Made by a program: the position numbers and the translations under genes | Notes under the pieces: model-generated | Database searches by the model: none | Told to the model about the DNA's origin: nothing | What the model saw: only the letters and a program-made list of their open reading frames with translations | Shown here: one piece after another, positions 13,776-22,409 of the stretch | How the letters are laid out: the number at the start of each line of letters is the position of its first letter | Position numbering within the stretch: position 1 is the first letter of the stretch | Source of the DNA: Gammaproteobacteria bacterium | GTDB lineage: Bacteria > Pseudomonadota > Gammaproteobacteria > Pseudomonadales > JADFDG01 | Assembly (NCBI GenBank): GCA_018262975.1 | Contig: JADFDG010000006.1 | Location: 121,137-145,136, forward strand | Reading direction: 5' to 3' | Length of the DNA: 24,000 bases

Positions 13776-16553
13776 CTACCGGACGCGTCGCCGCAAGCCG
13801 GCCAGCAGAACCCACAGCATCGACAGGAGCGGCAGCGCACCGCCTGCAATCCCGCCAACACCCTTGATCGTTACCGCAGACACGTCGGTCACGCGGACCG
13901 GCGTCGCTACCGGCTGTACCGGGCCTGCGGGCCCGTCCACGTCGGCGTAGGAAACTGCCGACGCCTGCACGCGCACCGCGGCACTGATATCCAGCTTGGG
14001 CGGCTCGTTCATCTGCGGGAATTCCACCAGCACGTCCATGGTCACCGATTGACCGGGCTGCAACACGGTATCCATGAACTGGCAGCTGGCAGAGCGCTGG
14101 TCCTCACCCCGAGTGCAATCGGTCGAGTCAGGGCCAAAGAAGTTGAGTACGCGCAAGGGCAGGTCCACCGCCAGCGCAACAGTTGGCCGCTGCAACACGG
14201 TGGTGCCGGTATTGGTGAATGTCACCTGCCCGGTCAACTGCTGGCCGGCACCACCGACTTCCGGCAGGTCGACCTGTAACCCCGCCCCGTAACTGGAGAT
14301 GTCGTCATCAATAATCGCGACCGATGCCGTCCATGGTGTGCCAAGCACCACCGACGGGGTCGAGGGATTTGCCAGGACCACCAGCAGCGACTCGCGCGCC
14401 TCAATGACCGTGTCGTTGTACACAGCGAGGTTGACCGGAATGGCGGCAACACCAGGCTCGAAGGTGAGTGTACGGGCCGCCGACTCGTAATCACTACCGG
14501 CCACGGCCGAGCCAGGCCCATCCTGCAACTCGAGCGTGAAAGTTCCGGCCGCGTTCGGCGAATCGAGTACGACCATGAAGCGCGCCTGCGCCCCGATGGC
14601 GGCCTCGCCAACCTCGTCCACCAGCCGTACAACACTGACCTGGTGGGCCACCGTACACCGCAGGCCATAGCCCAGCTGCGGCAACAATGGATGCGTCGTG
14701 GTGACGAGTACGCGCGCCTCGAACGCACCGAACTCGCCCGGCTTGCAGCGAAAATCGAGATTGAAGGCCCCTGCCCCGTTGACCACCGTCGCCGGCAAGG
14801 CATCGACCAGCTCGAAGCGATCAGGGTTTGCACCGTCAATCACCACCGAGGTGATTTCCCAGTCAGCACCGGTGGTGTTGTAAAAGCTGATCGGCCTGAC
14901 AGCGCCGGCGCCATAGGAGACCGTACCGAACTCGAGGTAATTGCCATAAGCAGGGATGGACACACCCGTCGCGGTTTGCGCAGTCAGGTCCTCGAGCTGG
15001 ACACGCACTGTACCGCCACTGGCACCGACCAGCAGCGGGTCCCCGGAGACCACGCGCACGTCGAACTCGCATACGCGGAACTTGCGCTGCAGGGAAACAC
15101 CCCCGAAAAGCAACTGCGGGTCGACCATCCAGATTTGCTGGGTTTGCCCGGCAGCGAACTCGAACACCTGGTCGGGATACGCGCAATCCTCGCCGATGCC
15201 ACCGGCAAATCCATCCCCGTTGTCGCGCAGGCTGAGCACCACCGTGGTGGTCCTGTCCGGGGCGAACTGCAGGCCGAGGTACACGGTGTGCGGGGAGGAC
15301 GTGGTGTTCAGCGGCAACGACATGGGCGACAGGCCGAACAACGGCTTGACCGTCGCACCCATCTGGCAGGCCTGCAAGTCCGCGAGCTTGCGGCCATGCT
15401 GGTCGCCTTGGGCGCACAGCGCACCCGGCACCGCCAGGTACGGGTAAAAAACTTCGATCAGCGGATGCACACCGGTGGCAAAGGCACCGTATACCGTCTG
15501 GTTACGATCATAGAGGAACGAGGTACCGGGAATGGGAATATCGCTGCGCACCTGCAACTCGGCCGCCGCCAGGTCCACGCAACCACCGGGATGCTCGGCG
15601 AAGGAATACGTTGCAGCCAGCGACGAACCGGGCGCGCACGCGAGGTCGGTGCCCGCCACATCCAGGCCGTTGTCGGCCAGCACGGCGCCGGAGAGGCTCA
15701 GCGCGCCGGCCAGGTAAACACCCCCACCACTGGCGGCCTGCGAGCGGCCGACGGTGGTGAACGCCAGGCTTGCGCTGGCACCGGCAGACACGTACAGCGA
15801 ACCACCCAGGTCCGCGACAGCATTGTTGGCCAACGTGGACGCGCGCGCATCCAGAGTGCAGTCATCACAATAGATACCGCCGCCATCGGAACCATTGCCC
15901 AGCGCCTGGGCGAATGCCACTTCCGAACGCACGAGTGACAGGGAACTGCCCGGCGCAGCGTAGATCGCCGCACCGCGCACGTTTTCCACCAGCGGGGGCG
16001 CCTTGGCCAGCACCACTGCAGACTCGTCAAGCGTCACCGTAGCGCCCGCACCGATGCGCAGGCCACCACCCTCGGTTTGCGTGCTGCCGTTCTGCAGGCC
16101 AACGCCGCGCAGGTTCAGGATCACCCCCGGGGCGACATCAAGGATACGGCCAAGCCCTTGCGCGTCGATGACGGCCCACGGCGCGCCGCCCCACAGCGTG
16201 AGATCATCAGCAACGTCCAGGTCACCGACGGCGGCGCTGCTCTCGTCAGAAAAGTCGCTGCCGATTTTCACCCGCGTCTGCGGCAGGATGATCGTATCGG
16301 CGCCATTGCCCCGGGCACACTCGATCGAACCGCCGTAGGAATCGGTGTTGGCGTTGACCAGTGCTTCGCGAAGACTGCAGCCATCGCCGATCACCTGCGC
16401 GTCGGTTGCAGTCGAGACCACGATGGTCTCTGCCCGAACGGACGTGGAGAGCAGAAGGACCGAGGAAAAAGCCAGGACGAGGCCACCCCCGCACCGAAGG
16501 CGCGCGGACGTCCCGAAATACGAACGGAATAAGGAGCCCAACGACACACCCAT
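13776..16553 (-). CDS. Large secreted adhesin-like protein: CSLREA-type N-terminus + right-handed beta-helix (PbH1-like) repeats, Ig-like 'choice-of-anchor'-type region, Calx-beta domain, C-terminal Gly-rich/TM/Arg-cluster sorting-signal-like tail
   Basis: Track ORF 13776..16679 trimmed to ATG 16553 (MGVSLGSLFRSYFGTSARLRCGGGLVLAFSSVLLLSTSVRA|ETIV). GDGCSLREALVNANTD. Repeated GGG(L/I/V)Y...L motifs (GGGIYCDDCTL, GGSLYVSAGASASL, GGGVYLAGALSL). Calx-beta signature: GSAVAGSDYESAARTLTFEPGVAAIPVNLAVYNDTVIEARESLLVVL. Tail: KGVGGIAGGALPLLSMLWVLLAGLRRRVR*. Confidence 0.85.
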   Translation of the reverse strand: MGVSLGSLFRSYFGTSARLRCGGGLVLAFSSVLLLSTSVRAETIVVSTATDAQVIGDGCSLREALVNANTDSYGGSIECARGNGADTIILPQTRVKIGSDFSDESSAAVGDLDVADDLTLWGGAPWAVIDAQGLGRILDVAPGVILNLRGVGLQNGSTQTEGGGLRIGAGATVTLDESAVVLAKAPPLVENVRGAAIYAAPGSSLSLVRSEVAFAQALGNGSDGGGIYCDDCTLDARASTLANNAVADLGGSLYVSAGASASLAFTTVGRSQAASGGGVYLAGALSLSGAVLADNGLDVAGTDLACAPGSSLAATYSFAEHPGGCVDLAAAELQVRSDIPIPGTSFLYDRNQTVYGAFATGVHPLIEVFYPYLAVPGALCAQGDQHGRKLADLQACQMGATVKPLFGLSPMSLPLNTTSSPHTVYLGLQFAPDRTTTVVLSLRDNGDGFAGGIGEDCAYPDQVFEFAAGQTQQIWMVDPQLLFGGVSLQRKFRVCEFDVRVVSGDPLLVGASGGTVRVQLEDLTAQTATGVSIPAYGNYLEFGTVSYGAGAVRPISFYNTTGADWEITSVVIDGANPDRFELVDALPATVVNGAGAFNLDFRCKPGEFGAFEARVLVTTTHPLLPQLGYGLRCTVAHQVSVVRLVDEVGEAAIGAQARFMVVLDSPNAAGTFTLELQDGPGSAVAGSDYESAARTLTFEPGVAAIPVNLAVYNDTVIEARESLLVVLANPSTPSVVLGTPWTASVAIIDDDISSYGAGLQVDLPEVGGAGQQLTGQVTFTNTGTTVLQRPTVALAVDLPLRVLNFFGPDSTDCTRGEDQRSASCQFMDTVLQPGQSVTMDVLVEFPQMNEPPKLDISAAVRVQASAVSYADVDGPAGPVQPVATPVRVTDVSAVTIKGVGGIAGGALPLLSMLWVLLAGLRRRVR

Positions 16554-16641
16554 AAAGTTATTATTCTCTTTTGTTGTCGCAGCAGGCCCGGCCAACCCCG
16601 GCCAGATGCCCCAGTGCAGGCTGCGCACCAAACGGGTCCTT

Positions 16642-16679
16642 GCCGGTTGATCATAACCGGCAGGCCCACCTTGCCCCAA
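16642..16679. promoter_or_regulatory. Divergent control region between the adhesin gene and pabB: inverted repeat plus promoter-like hexamers
   Basis: Inverted repeat GCCGGTT-N6-AACCGGC at 16642-16661. The minus strand reads TTGGGG (16679-16674), an 18-nt spacer, then TATGAT (16655-16650); the -10-like element lies inside the inverted repeat. An AT-rich patch (GAGAATAATAACTTT) lies just before ATG 16553. Confidence 0.3.
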
Positions 16680-16726
16680 CTGTCGCAGATACCGGCTATC
16701 CGATCAATCGCCCGGGAATCAACGAG

Positions 16727-17914
16727 ATGACTCGCCACCCCGCCCTACCAGCCACCGGCAATGCTCCGGCCGGGAGCGCCCGTGTCAGGATACGCACCCG
16801 CGCCCCGGGGGAACCTGGCGGACCAGCCTTAACCCTGGTGGCGGAACGACCGGCAGCGCGCTGGGAAGCCAGCGACGCGCGGGAACTGATCGGCATGCTC
16901 CCGGAAGCCCTGGCTGCCTGCCGGTCCAGTGGCACCGGTGGACTGCTGGCTGGATTGCTGACCTACCCTGACCGCGGGTCGCGTGGCACGTGTCACCCCA
17001 CCCTGCTGCTGTTTGACCAGCACCAGGAGGTTCCTGCCGGATCGGCCGACCCTGGCATCGAGGCCAGGATCCCGTTCCACCTGCAGGGCCCCTTTACCGC
17101 CAGCGGGGCGCCTGGCAGCTACGAGGCGGGCGTAGTACGCATCCAGCAGTACCTGGCCGCCGGAGATGCCTATCAGGTCAACCTCGCCCAGCGGTTCTCC
17201 ACCCGATGCGCGGGCGACCCCTTTACCGCCTGGCAAGCACTTGATCGTCGCTTCCGGCCACCCTTTGGCGCCTATCTGGATCTGGATCACTGCCAGGTGC
17301 TGTGCTTGTCGCCGGAATCGTTCCTCGAAGTAGCCGGTGAGCGGGTCGTCACCCGCCCGATCAAGGGAACGCGGCCCCGCGGAAGGGACGAGGTTGAAGA
17401 CCTGCGACTTGCCGACGACCTGGCGACGCACCCGAAGGACCGCGCGGAGAACCTGATGATCGTCGATCTTCTGCGCAACGATCTCGGCAAGGTCTGCGTA
17501 CCCGGCTCGGTGCGCACCCCGGCACTGTTCCGCGTGGAGAGCCACCCCAACGTGCACCACCTGGTAAGCGAGGTGGAGGGCCGGCTCGCCGACCCCACGG
17601 ACCTGGCCGGCCTGCTGGATGCCTGCTTTCCCGGTGGGTCCATCACCGGGGCACCCAAAAGACGCGCCATGGAGATCATCGACGAGCTGGAGCCGCACCC
17701 GCGCGAGGCGTATTGCGGCTCGGTGTTCTGGGCGACGGCGGATGGCCGCTTTGGCAGCAACATCACCATCCGCACGTTCGTGGTATCGGAGGGGGAAATT
17801 CGCGGCTGGGCCGGTGCGGGCATCGTGGCGGATTCCGTGCCGGCGGACGAGCAGCAGGAGTGCCTGCACAAGTTGCTGCCGATGATGCGGGAGCTGGAGG
17901 AGAAGTTCTTGTAG
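16727..17914 (+). CDS. pabB: Aminodeoxychorismate synthase component I (chorismate-binding enzyme family)
   Basis: Track ORF 16571..17914 trimmed to ATG 16727 (MTRHPALPATG...). Motifs: GDAYQVNLAQRFS, LSPESFLEV, RAENLMIVDLLRNDLG, FPGGSITGAPKRRAMEIIDELE. The N-terminal region is short and divergent (395 aa in total). Confidence 0.85.
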   Translation: MTRHPALPATGNAPAGSARVRIRTRAPGEPGGPALTLVAERPAARWEASDARELIGMLPEALAACRSSGTGGLLAGLLTYPDRGSRGTCHPTLLLFDQHQEVPAGSADPGIEARIPFHLQGPFTASGAPGSYEAGVVRIQQYLAAGDAYQVNLAQRFSTRCAGDPFTAWQALDRRFRPPFGAYLDLDHCQVLCLSPESFLEVAGERVVTRPIKGTRPRGRDEVEDLRLADDLATHPKDRAENLMIVDLLRNDLGKVCVPGSVRTPALFRVESHPNVHHLVSEVEGRLADPTDLAGLLDACFPGGSITGAPKRRAMEIIDELEPHPREAYCGSVFWATADGRFGSNITIRTFVVSEGEIRGWAGAGIVADSVPADEQQECLHKLLPMMRELEEKFL

Positions 17915-17932
17915 CGGAAGGGGTTGGGGGAG

Positions 17933-18021
17933 TCGGGGGCATGGCCCCCTCTCTACAAGAGCGGTCGGGGGCGTAGCCCCCTCGCTACGAAGAGCGGTCG
18001 GGGGCGTGGCCCCCTCGCCAC
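17933..18021. repeat. REP cluster D: three same-orientation REP units in tandem (32-33 nt period), progressively degenerate
   Basis: Units are 17933-17956 (TCGGGGGCATGGCCCCCTCTCTAC), 17965-17988 (TCGGGGGCGTAGCCCCCTCGCTAC) and 17998-18021 (TCGGGGGCGTGGCCCCCTCGCCAC). Linkers are AAGAGCGG and GAAGAGCGG; the array begins 19 nt after the pabB TAG. Confidence 0.9.
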
Positions 18022-18030
18022 GAAAAGCGC

Positions 18031-18059
18031 GGGGGGGGGGGGGGGGGGGGGGGGGGGGG
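18031..18059. repeat. Homopolymeric G29 tract (C29 on the minus strand), abutting the thrH stop codon
   Basis: 29 consecutive G counted directly (18031-18059). It is preceded by GAAAAGCGC and followed by TCA (complement of the thrH TGA at 18060-18062). It lies between the convergent genes pabB and thrH. Confidence 0.9.
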
Positions 18060-18677
18060 TCAGGGGGTGATGGCGCGGGTGCTGGATCTGGCGATTTCGT
18101 TGCGCAGGTCTGCGTAGGTGTGCACGGCCGGGAACTGCGGGAACTCGCGGATCACGTTTTCCGGCGCGTGGAACAGGATGCCTGCATCCGCCTCGGCGAG
18201 CATGGTGGTGTCGTTGTAGGAGTCGCCGGCGGCGATCACCCGGTAGTTGAGGGACTTGAACGCCTTCACCGACTGCCGCTTGGGATCCTTCTGGCGCAGG
18301 GTGTAATCGGTGATGAAGCCCTGCCCGTCCACCACCAGCTTGTGGCACAGCAGGGTCGGGTTGCCCAGCTGGCGCATCAGCGGCTTGGCGAACTCGTAGA
18401 AGGTGTCCGACAGGATCACCACCTGGAAGTTGTCACGCGCCCAGTCCATGAAGTCCACGGCACCCGGCAGCGGCCCCATGCGGTCGATCACCTGCTGGAT
18501 GTCCGGCAGGCCCAGCTTCTTCTCGGCCAGGATGCGCAGGCGCTGCTTCATGAGCACGTCGTAGTCCGGGATGTCACGGGTGGTCGCCCGCAGTTCCGGG
18601 ATGCCGGTGAGCTCCGCGAAGTTGATCCAGATTTCAGGAACGAGGACCCCTTCGAGGTCGAGGGCGAGAATTTCCAC
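18060..18677 (-). CDS. thrH: Phosphoserine phosphatase / homoserine phosphotransferase bifunctional protein ThrH (HAD superfamily)
   Basis: Track ORF 18060..18731 trimmed to GTG 18677, giving (M)EILALDLEGVLVPEIWI..., 205 aa. Long blocks match P. aeruginosa ThrH as I remember it: TRDIPDYDVLMKQRLRIL, VILSDTFYEF, TLLCHKL, LRQKDPKRQSV, RVIAAGDSYNDTTML, GILFHAPENVIREFPQFPAVHTY. Confidence 0.88.
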   Translation of the reverse strand: MEILALDLEGVLVPEIWINFAELTGIPELRATTRDIPDYDVLMKQRLRILAEKKLGLPDIQQVIDRMGPLPGAVDFMDWARDNFQVVILSDTFYEFAKPLMRQLGNPTLLCHKLVVDGQGFITDYTLRQKDPKRQSVKAFKSLNYRVIAAGDSYNDTTMLAEADAGILFHAPENVIREFPQFPAVHTYADLRNEIARSSTRAITP

Positions 18678-18865
18678 GGCACACCTGGCAGCAAGGAGGA
18701 AGGATCCGGGAGCGATCCCGGCGCGGCGCACACTTTAGCGGCGCCCCGCCACCCCTGCAATGCAGTATCCCGCACGCGGCATAAGACCAGACCAGAACGT
18801 TCTTTGAGGCCAACCCGGGCCGTCGCTAAACTGCCAGCCCTGCCTGACGGCGCACGGATACGCAC

Positions 18866-19597
18866 ATGCCCACCTACAGCGACGACCAGGTCAAGACCTG
18901 GGCCCTGGAACTCGACCTCAAGACCCCGCAGGAAATCCTGCGCCACGCGCTCGCCCACCACGACAACATCGCCCTGTCGTTCAGCGGTGCGGAGGACGTG
19001 GTACTGGTGGACATGGCGGTGAAGCTCCGCCCCGACGTGCGCGTGTTCTGCCTGGACACCGGCCGCCTGCACCGCGAGACCTACGAGTTCCTCGAGAAGG
19101 TCCGCGACCACTACGGCATTGCGCTCGAGGTGATGTTCCCGGATGCCGGTGCCGTCGAGCAACTCGTTCGCGAAAAGGGCCTGTTCAGCTTCTACCGCGA
19201 CGACCACAAGGAATGCTGCGGCATCCGCAAGGTGGAGCCTCTGCGCCGGAAGCTCGCAACCCTGGAGGCCTGGATCACCGGGCAGCGCAAGGACCAGAGC
19301 CCCGGCACGCGCGCCGTGATCCCGGTGGTACAGGTCGATGGCGCGTCCACCGGCGCTTCCGGGGCGCTGGTGAAATACAACCCGCTGGCCAACTGGCGCT
19401 CCATCGACGTGTGGCGCTACATCCGCGGCAACAACGTGCCCTACAACGCACTGCACGAGCGCGGCTTCGTGAGCATCGGCTGCGACCCCTGCACCCGCGC
19501 CATCCTGCCCGGCCAGCACGAGCGCGAAGGGCGCTGGTGGTGGGAGGATTCCACCAAGAAGGAATGCGGGCTGCACATCACCAACATCGAATCCTGA
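18866..19597 (+). CDS. cysH: Adenylyl-sulfate (APS)/PAPS reductase, thioredoxin-dependent, Fe-S type
   Basis: Track ORF of 243 aa. PAPS_reduct motifs: [42 protein letters not shown]. The CC...CxxC cysteines are typical of the [4Fe-4S] APS-reductase class. Confidence 0.9.
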   Translation: MPTYSDDQVKTWALELDLKTPQEILRHALAHHDNIALSFSGAEDVVLVDMAVKLRPDVRVFCLDTGRLHRETYEFLEKVRDHYGIALEVMFPDAGAVEQLVREKGLFSFYRDDHKECCGIRKVEPLRRKLATLEAWITGQRKDQSPGTRAVIPVVQVDGASTGASGALVKYNPLANWRSIDVWRYIRGNNVPYNALHERGFVSIGCDPCTRAILPGQHEREGRWWWEDSTKKECGLHITNIES

Positions 19598-19600
19598 GCG

Positions 19601-19622
19601 CGCGCCGGCGGATGCCGGCGCG
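19601..19622. terminator. GC-rich stem-loop between the convergent genes cysH and cysB (possible bidirectional terminator, no U-tract)
   Basis: CGCGCCGGC-GGAT-GCCGGCGCG gives a 9-bp perfect stem. It lies 4 nt after the cysH TGA and 11 nt from the cysB stop. Confidence 0.4.
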
Positions 19623-19632
19623 GCCCGCTCGT

Positions 19633-20828
<1,196 letters not shown>

Positions 20829-20863
20829 CGCCCCGGTTACCCATCATTCTTTGGATGAGCATC

Positions 20864-21433
20864 ATGGCTACCAGCAAAGCCGCGAAAGCGAAGAGTCCGC
20901 TCAACGACCTGATCCAGCGCGTAGAGCAACTCACCGAGCGCGTCCGCAAGGAACGCGAGAAGCAGCTCGCCCGCCTCGACGACCAGATCGAAAAGGCCCG
21001 TGACCTGCTGAACAAGCAACTCGACAACCTCAACATCGAGAAGCTCAAGGACCTGCAGGAAAGCTATCGCGAGAAGGCCGAAGACGCCCTGCGCACCAGC
21101 GCCGACAACGTGAAGAAGGCCGTTGGCGACGCCGGCGAGCAGCTGCGCGAATCCCGCGCCGCGCACGCGATCCTCAAGGCAGAGCTCAACGCCCTGCAGT
21201 TTGCCACCAAGCAGGCCGAGGAAGTGGCGCGCGTGCTCGGCACCTACGAAAAGCAGGTGCAGAAGCAGCTGACCCAGGTCGAGCGCAACATCGGCAAGGC
21301 CACCAAGGCCGTGCGCAAGACGGTGAAGAAGGTCCCGGCCCGCAAGCCGGCGGCCAAGACCGCCGCCAAGCCCAAAGCGGCCAAGGCGAAGGTCGCCACC
21401 AAGGCGGCGAAGGGCAAGGCCGCCAAGGCCTGA
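20864..21433 (+). CDS. Coiled-coil protein with histone-H1-like Lys/Ala/Pro-rich C-terminal tail (PhaF/AlgP-like; possible phasin or nucleoid-associated protein)
   Basis: Track ORF 20729..21433 (TTG) trimmed to ATG 20864 (MATSKAAKAKSPLNDLIQRVEQLTERVRKEREKQLARL...); ATG 20855 is the alternative. Heptad-like charged helices are followed by the tail KKVPARKPAAKTAAKPKAAKAKVATKAAKGKAAKA*. A strong terminator follows. Confidence 0.7.
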   Translation: MATSKAAKAKSPLNDLIQRVEQLTERVRKEREKQLARLDDQIEKARDLLNKQLDNLNIEKLKDLQESYREKAEDALRTSADNVKKAVGDAGEQLRESRAAHAILKAELNALQFATKQAEEVARVLGTYEKQVQKQLTQVERNIGKATKAVRKTVKKVPARKPAAKTAAKPKAAKAKVATKAAKGKAAKA

Positions 21434-21452
21434 TCTTCCGCCGGACTGACAG

Positions 21453-21483
21453 ACGGCCCGCCTCGTGCGGGCCGTTTTGTTTT
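21453..21483 (+). terminator. Rho-independent terminator of the H1-like gene
   Basis: ACGGCCCGC-CTCGT-GCGGGCCGT followed by TTTGTTTT; 9-bp stem, 20 nt after the TGA at 21431-21433. Confidence 0.85.
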
Positions 21484-21526
21484 CGGGGCTGGCAGCTCGG
21501 ATATGATGGCGCCCTCGATGCGAAGG

Positions 21527-21584
21527 TCGGGGGCATGGCCCCCTCTCTACAGGAAGAGCAGTCGGGGGCAACGCCCCTCGCTGC
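21527..21584. repeat. REP cluster E: two same-orientation REP units upstream of the acyltransferase gene
   Basis: 21527-21550 is TCGGGGGCATGGCCCCCTCTCTAC. 21562-21584 is the degenerate TCGGGGGCAACGCCCCTCGCTGC. The linker AGGAAGAGCAG contains the GAAGAGC heptamer. Confidence 0.85.
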
Positions 21585-21596
21585 ACAGGGGCGGGC

Positions 21597-22409
21597 ATGG
21601 CGGAGCGCGGTTTCTGGCGGAAGCTGGTGGTCAACGAGGAACTGGAGGCGCTGCTGGCGTCCGCACCCAAACCGGTGGGCAGCCTCGACTACGACCCCTG
21701 GGGCTACAACAACGACATGGCGCGCCTCGCCATCGGCGCGTTCCGGCCGTTCTACGAGAAGTACTTCCGCGTCGAGGCGCACGGCCTGGAAAACATTCCG
21801 GCCAGCGGTCGCTGCCTGGTCATCGGCAACCACAGCGGGCAACTGCCGATTGACGCCATGATGGTTGGCTATGCACTGGCCACCAACCCGCACGGTCCGC
21901 GTGCAGCACGCGCGATGATGGAACGCTTCTTCCCCTCGGTGCCGTTCGTGGGCAACCTGCTCAACAGCGTCGGCGCCGTGGTGGGCGAGCCCACCAATTG
22001 CGCCAAGATGCTCGACAAGGACGAAGCCATCATCGTGTTTCCCGAGGGTATCCGCGGGGCCAGCAAGGTGTACCGCAAGCGCTACCAGTTGCAGCGCTTC
22101 GGCCACGGATTCATGCACCTGGCCATCAATCACCAGGCGCCGATCATCCCGGTGGGCATCGTCGGCTGCGAGGAAACCATCCCGGCGCTGGGCCACATCA
22201 AGCCGCTGGCGAAGCTGACCGGGCTGCCCTACGTGCCCGTGACCTTCCCGTTCATCCTGCCGGCGAAAGTGATCATGCATTTCGGCGAACCGATGCGCTT
22301 CGAGCCGGCCGGGTCAGAGGAAGAAATCCGCGAGAACGTGGAGGCGGTCAAGGCGCGCATCGATGCGCTGATCGCCACCGGCCTGGCTGAACGGAAGTCG
22401 ATTTTCTGA
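21597..22409 (+). CDS. Lysophospholipid/1-acyl-sn-glycerol-3-phosphate acyltransferase family protein (PlsC-like)
   Basis: Track ORF of 270 aa. Acyltransferase blocks: LVIGNHSGQLPIDAMM and IIVFPEGIRGASK. The stop overlaps the next start (TGATG at 22407-22411). Confidence 0.8.
   Translation: MAERGFWRKLVVNEELEALLASAPKPVGSLDYDPWGYNNDMARLAIGAFRPFYEKYFRVEAHGLENIPASGRCLVIGNHSGQLPIDAMMVGYALATNPHGPRAARAMMERFFPSVPFVGNLLNSVGAVVGEPTNCAKMLDKDEAIIVFPEGIRGASKVYRKRYQLQRFGHGFMHLAINHQAPIIPVGIVGCEETIPALGHIKPLAKLTGLPYVPVTFPFILPAKVIMHFGEPMRFEPAGSEEEIRENVEAVKARIDALIATGLAERKSIF

Noticed and set aside
6613-15938. Long plus-strand ORFs inside the surface locus (6613..7833, 9013..10281, 11658..12842, 11728..12480, 12876..13226, 13127..13729, 14643..15938 and others)
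   Set aside because: They are antisense to genes with clear signal peptides and domain motifs. Their translations are dominated by R/G/A/H/V runs with no motifs, and several cross intergenic REPs or terminators.
4952-16726. Mobile genetic element or genomic island boundaries around the surface locus
   Set aside because: I looked for an integrase, transposase, tRNA/tmRNA target, IS ends or flanking direct repeats at both borders and found none. Only the codon-usage impression supports foreign origin, so it is reported as a low-confidence finding and not as a mobile_element feature.
17933-18021. Three direct repeats with a ~32-33 nt period that superficially resemble a mini-CRISPR array
   Set aside because: The 'spacers' are only 8-9 nt. 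The repeat is the same REP element dispersed at four other sites in the window, and no cas genes or leader are present. It is a REP tandem array.
17953-18348. 131-aa minus ORF containing a poly-proline run (PPPPPPPPP)
   Set aside because: The poly-Pro is simply the C29 tract translated. The ORF is out of frame with thrH upstream and reads through REP units downstream, so it is not a gene.
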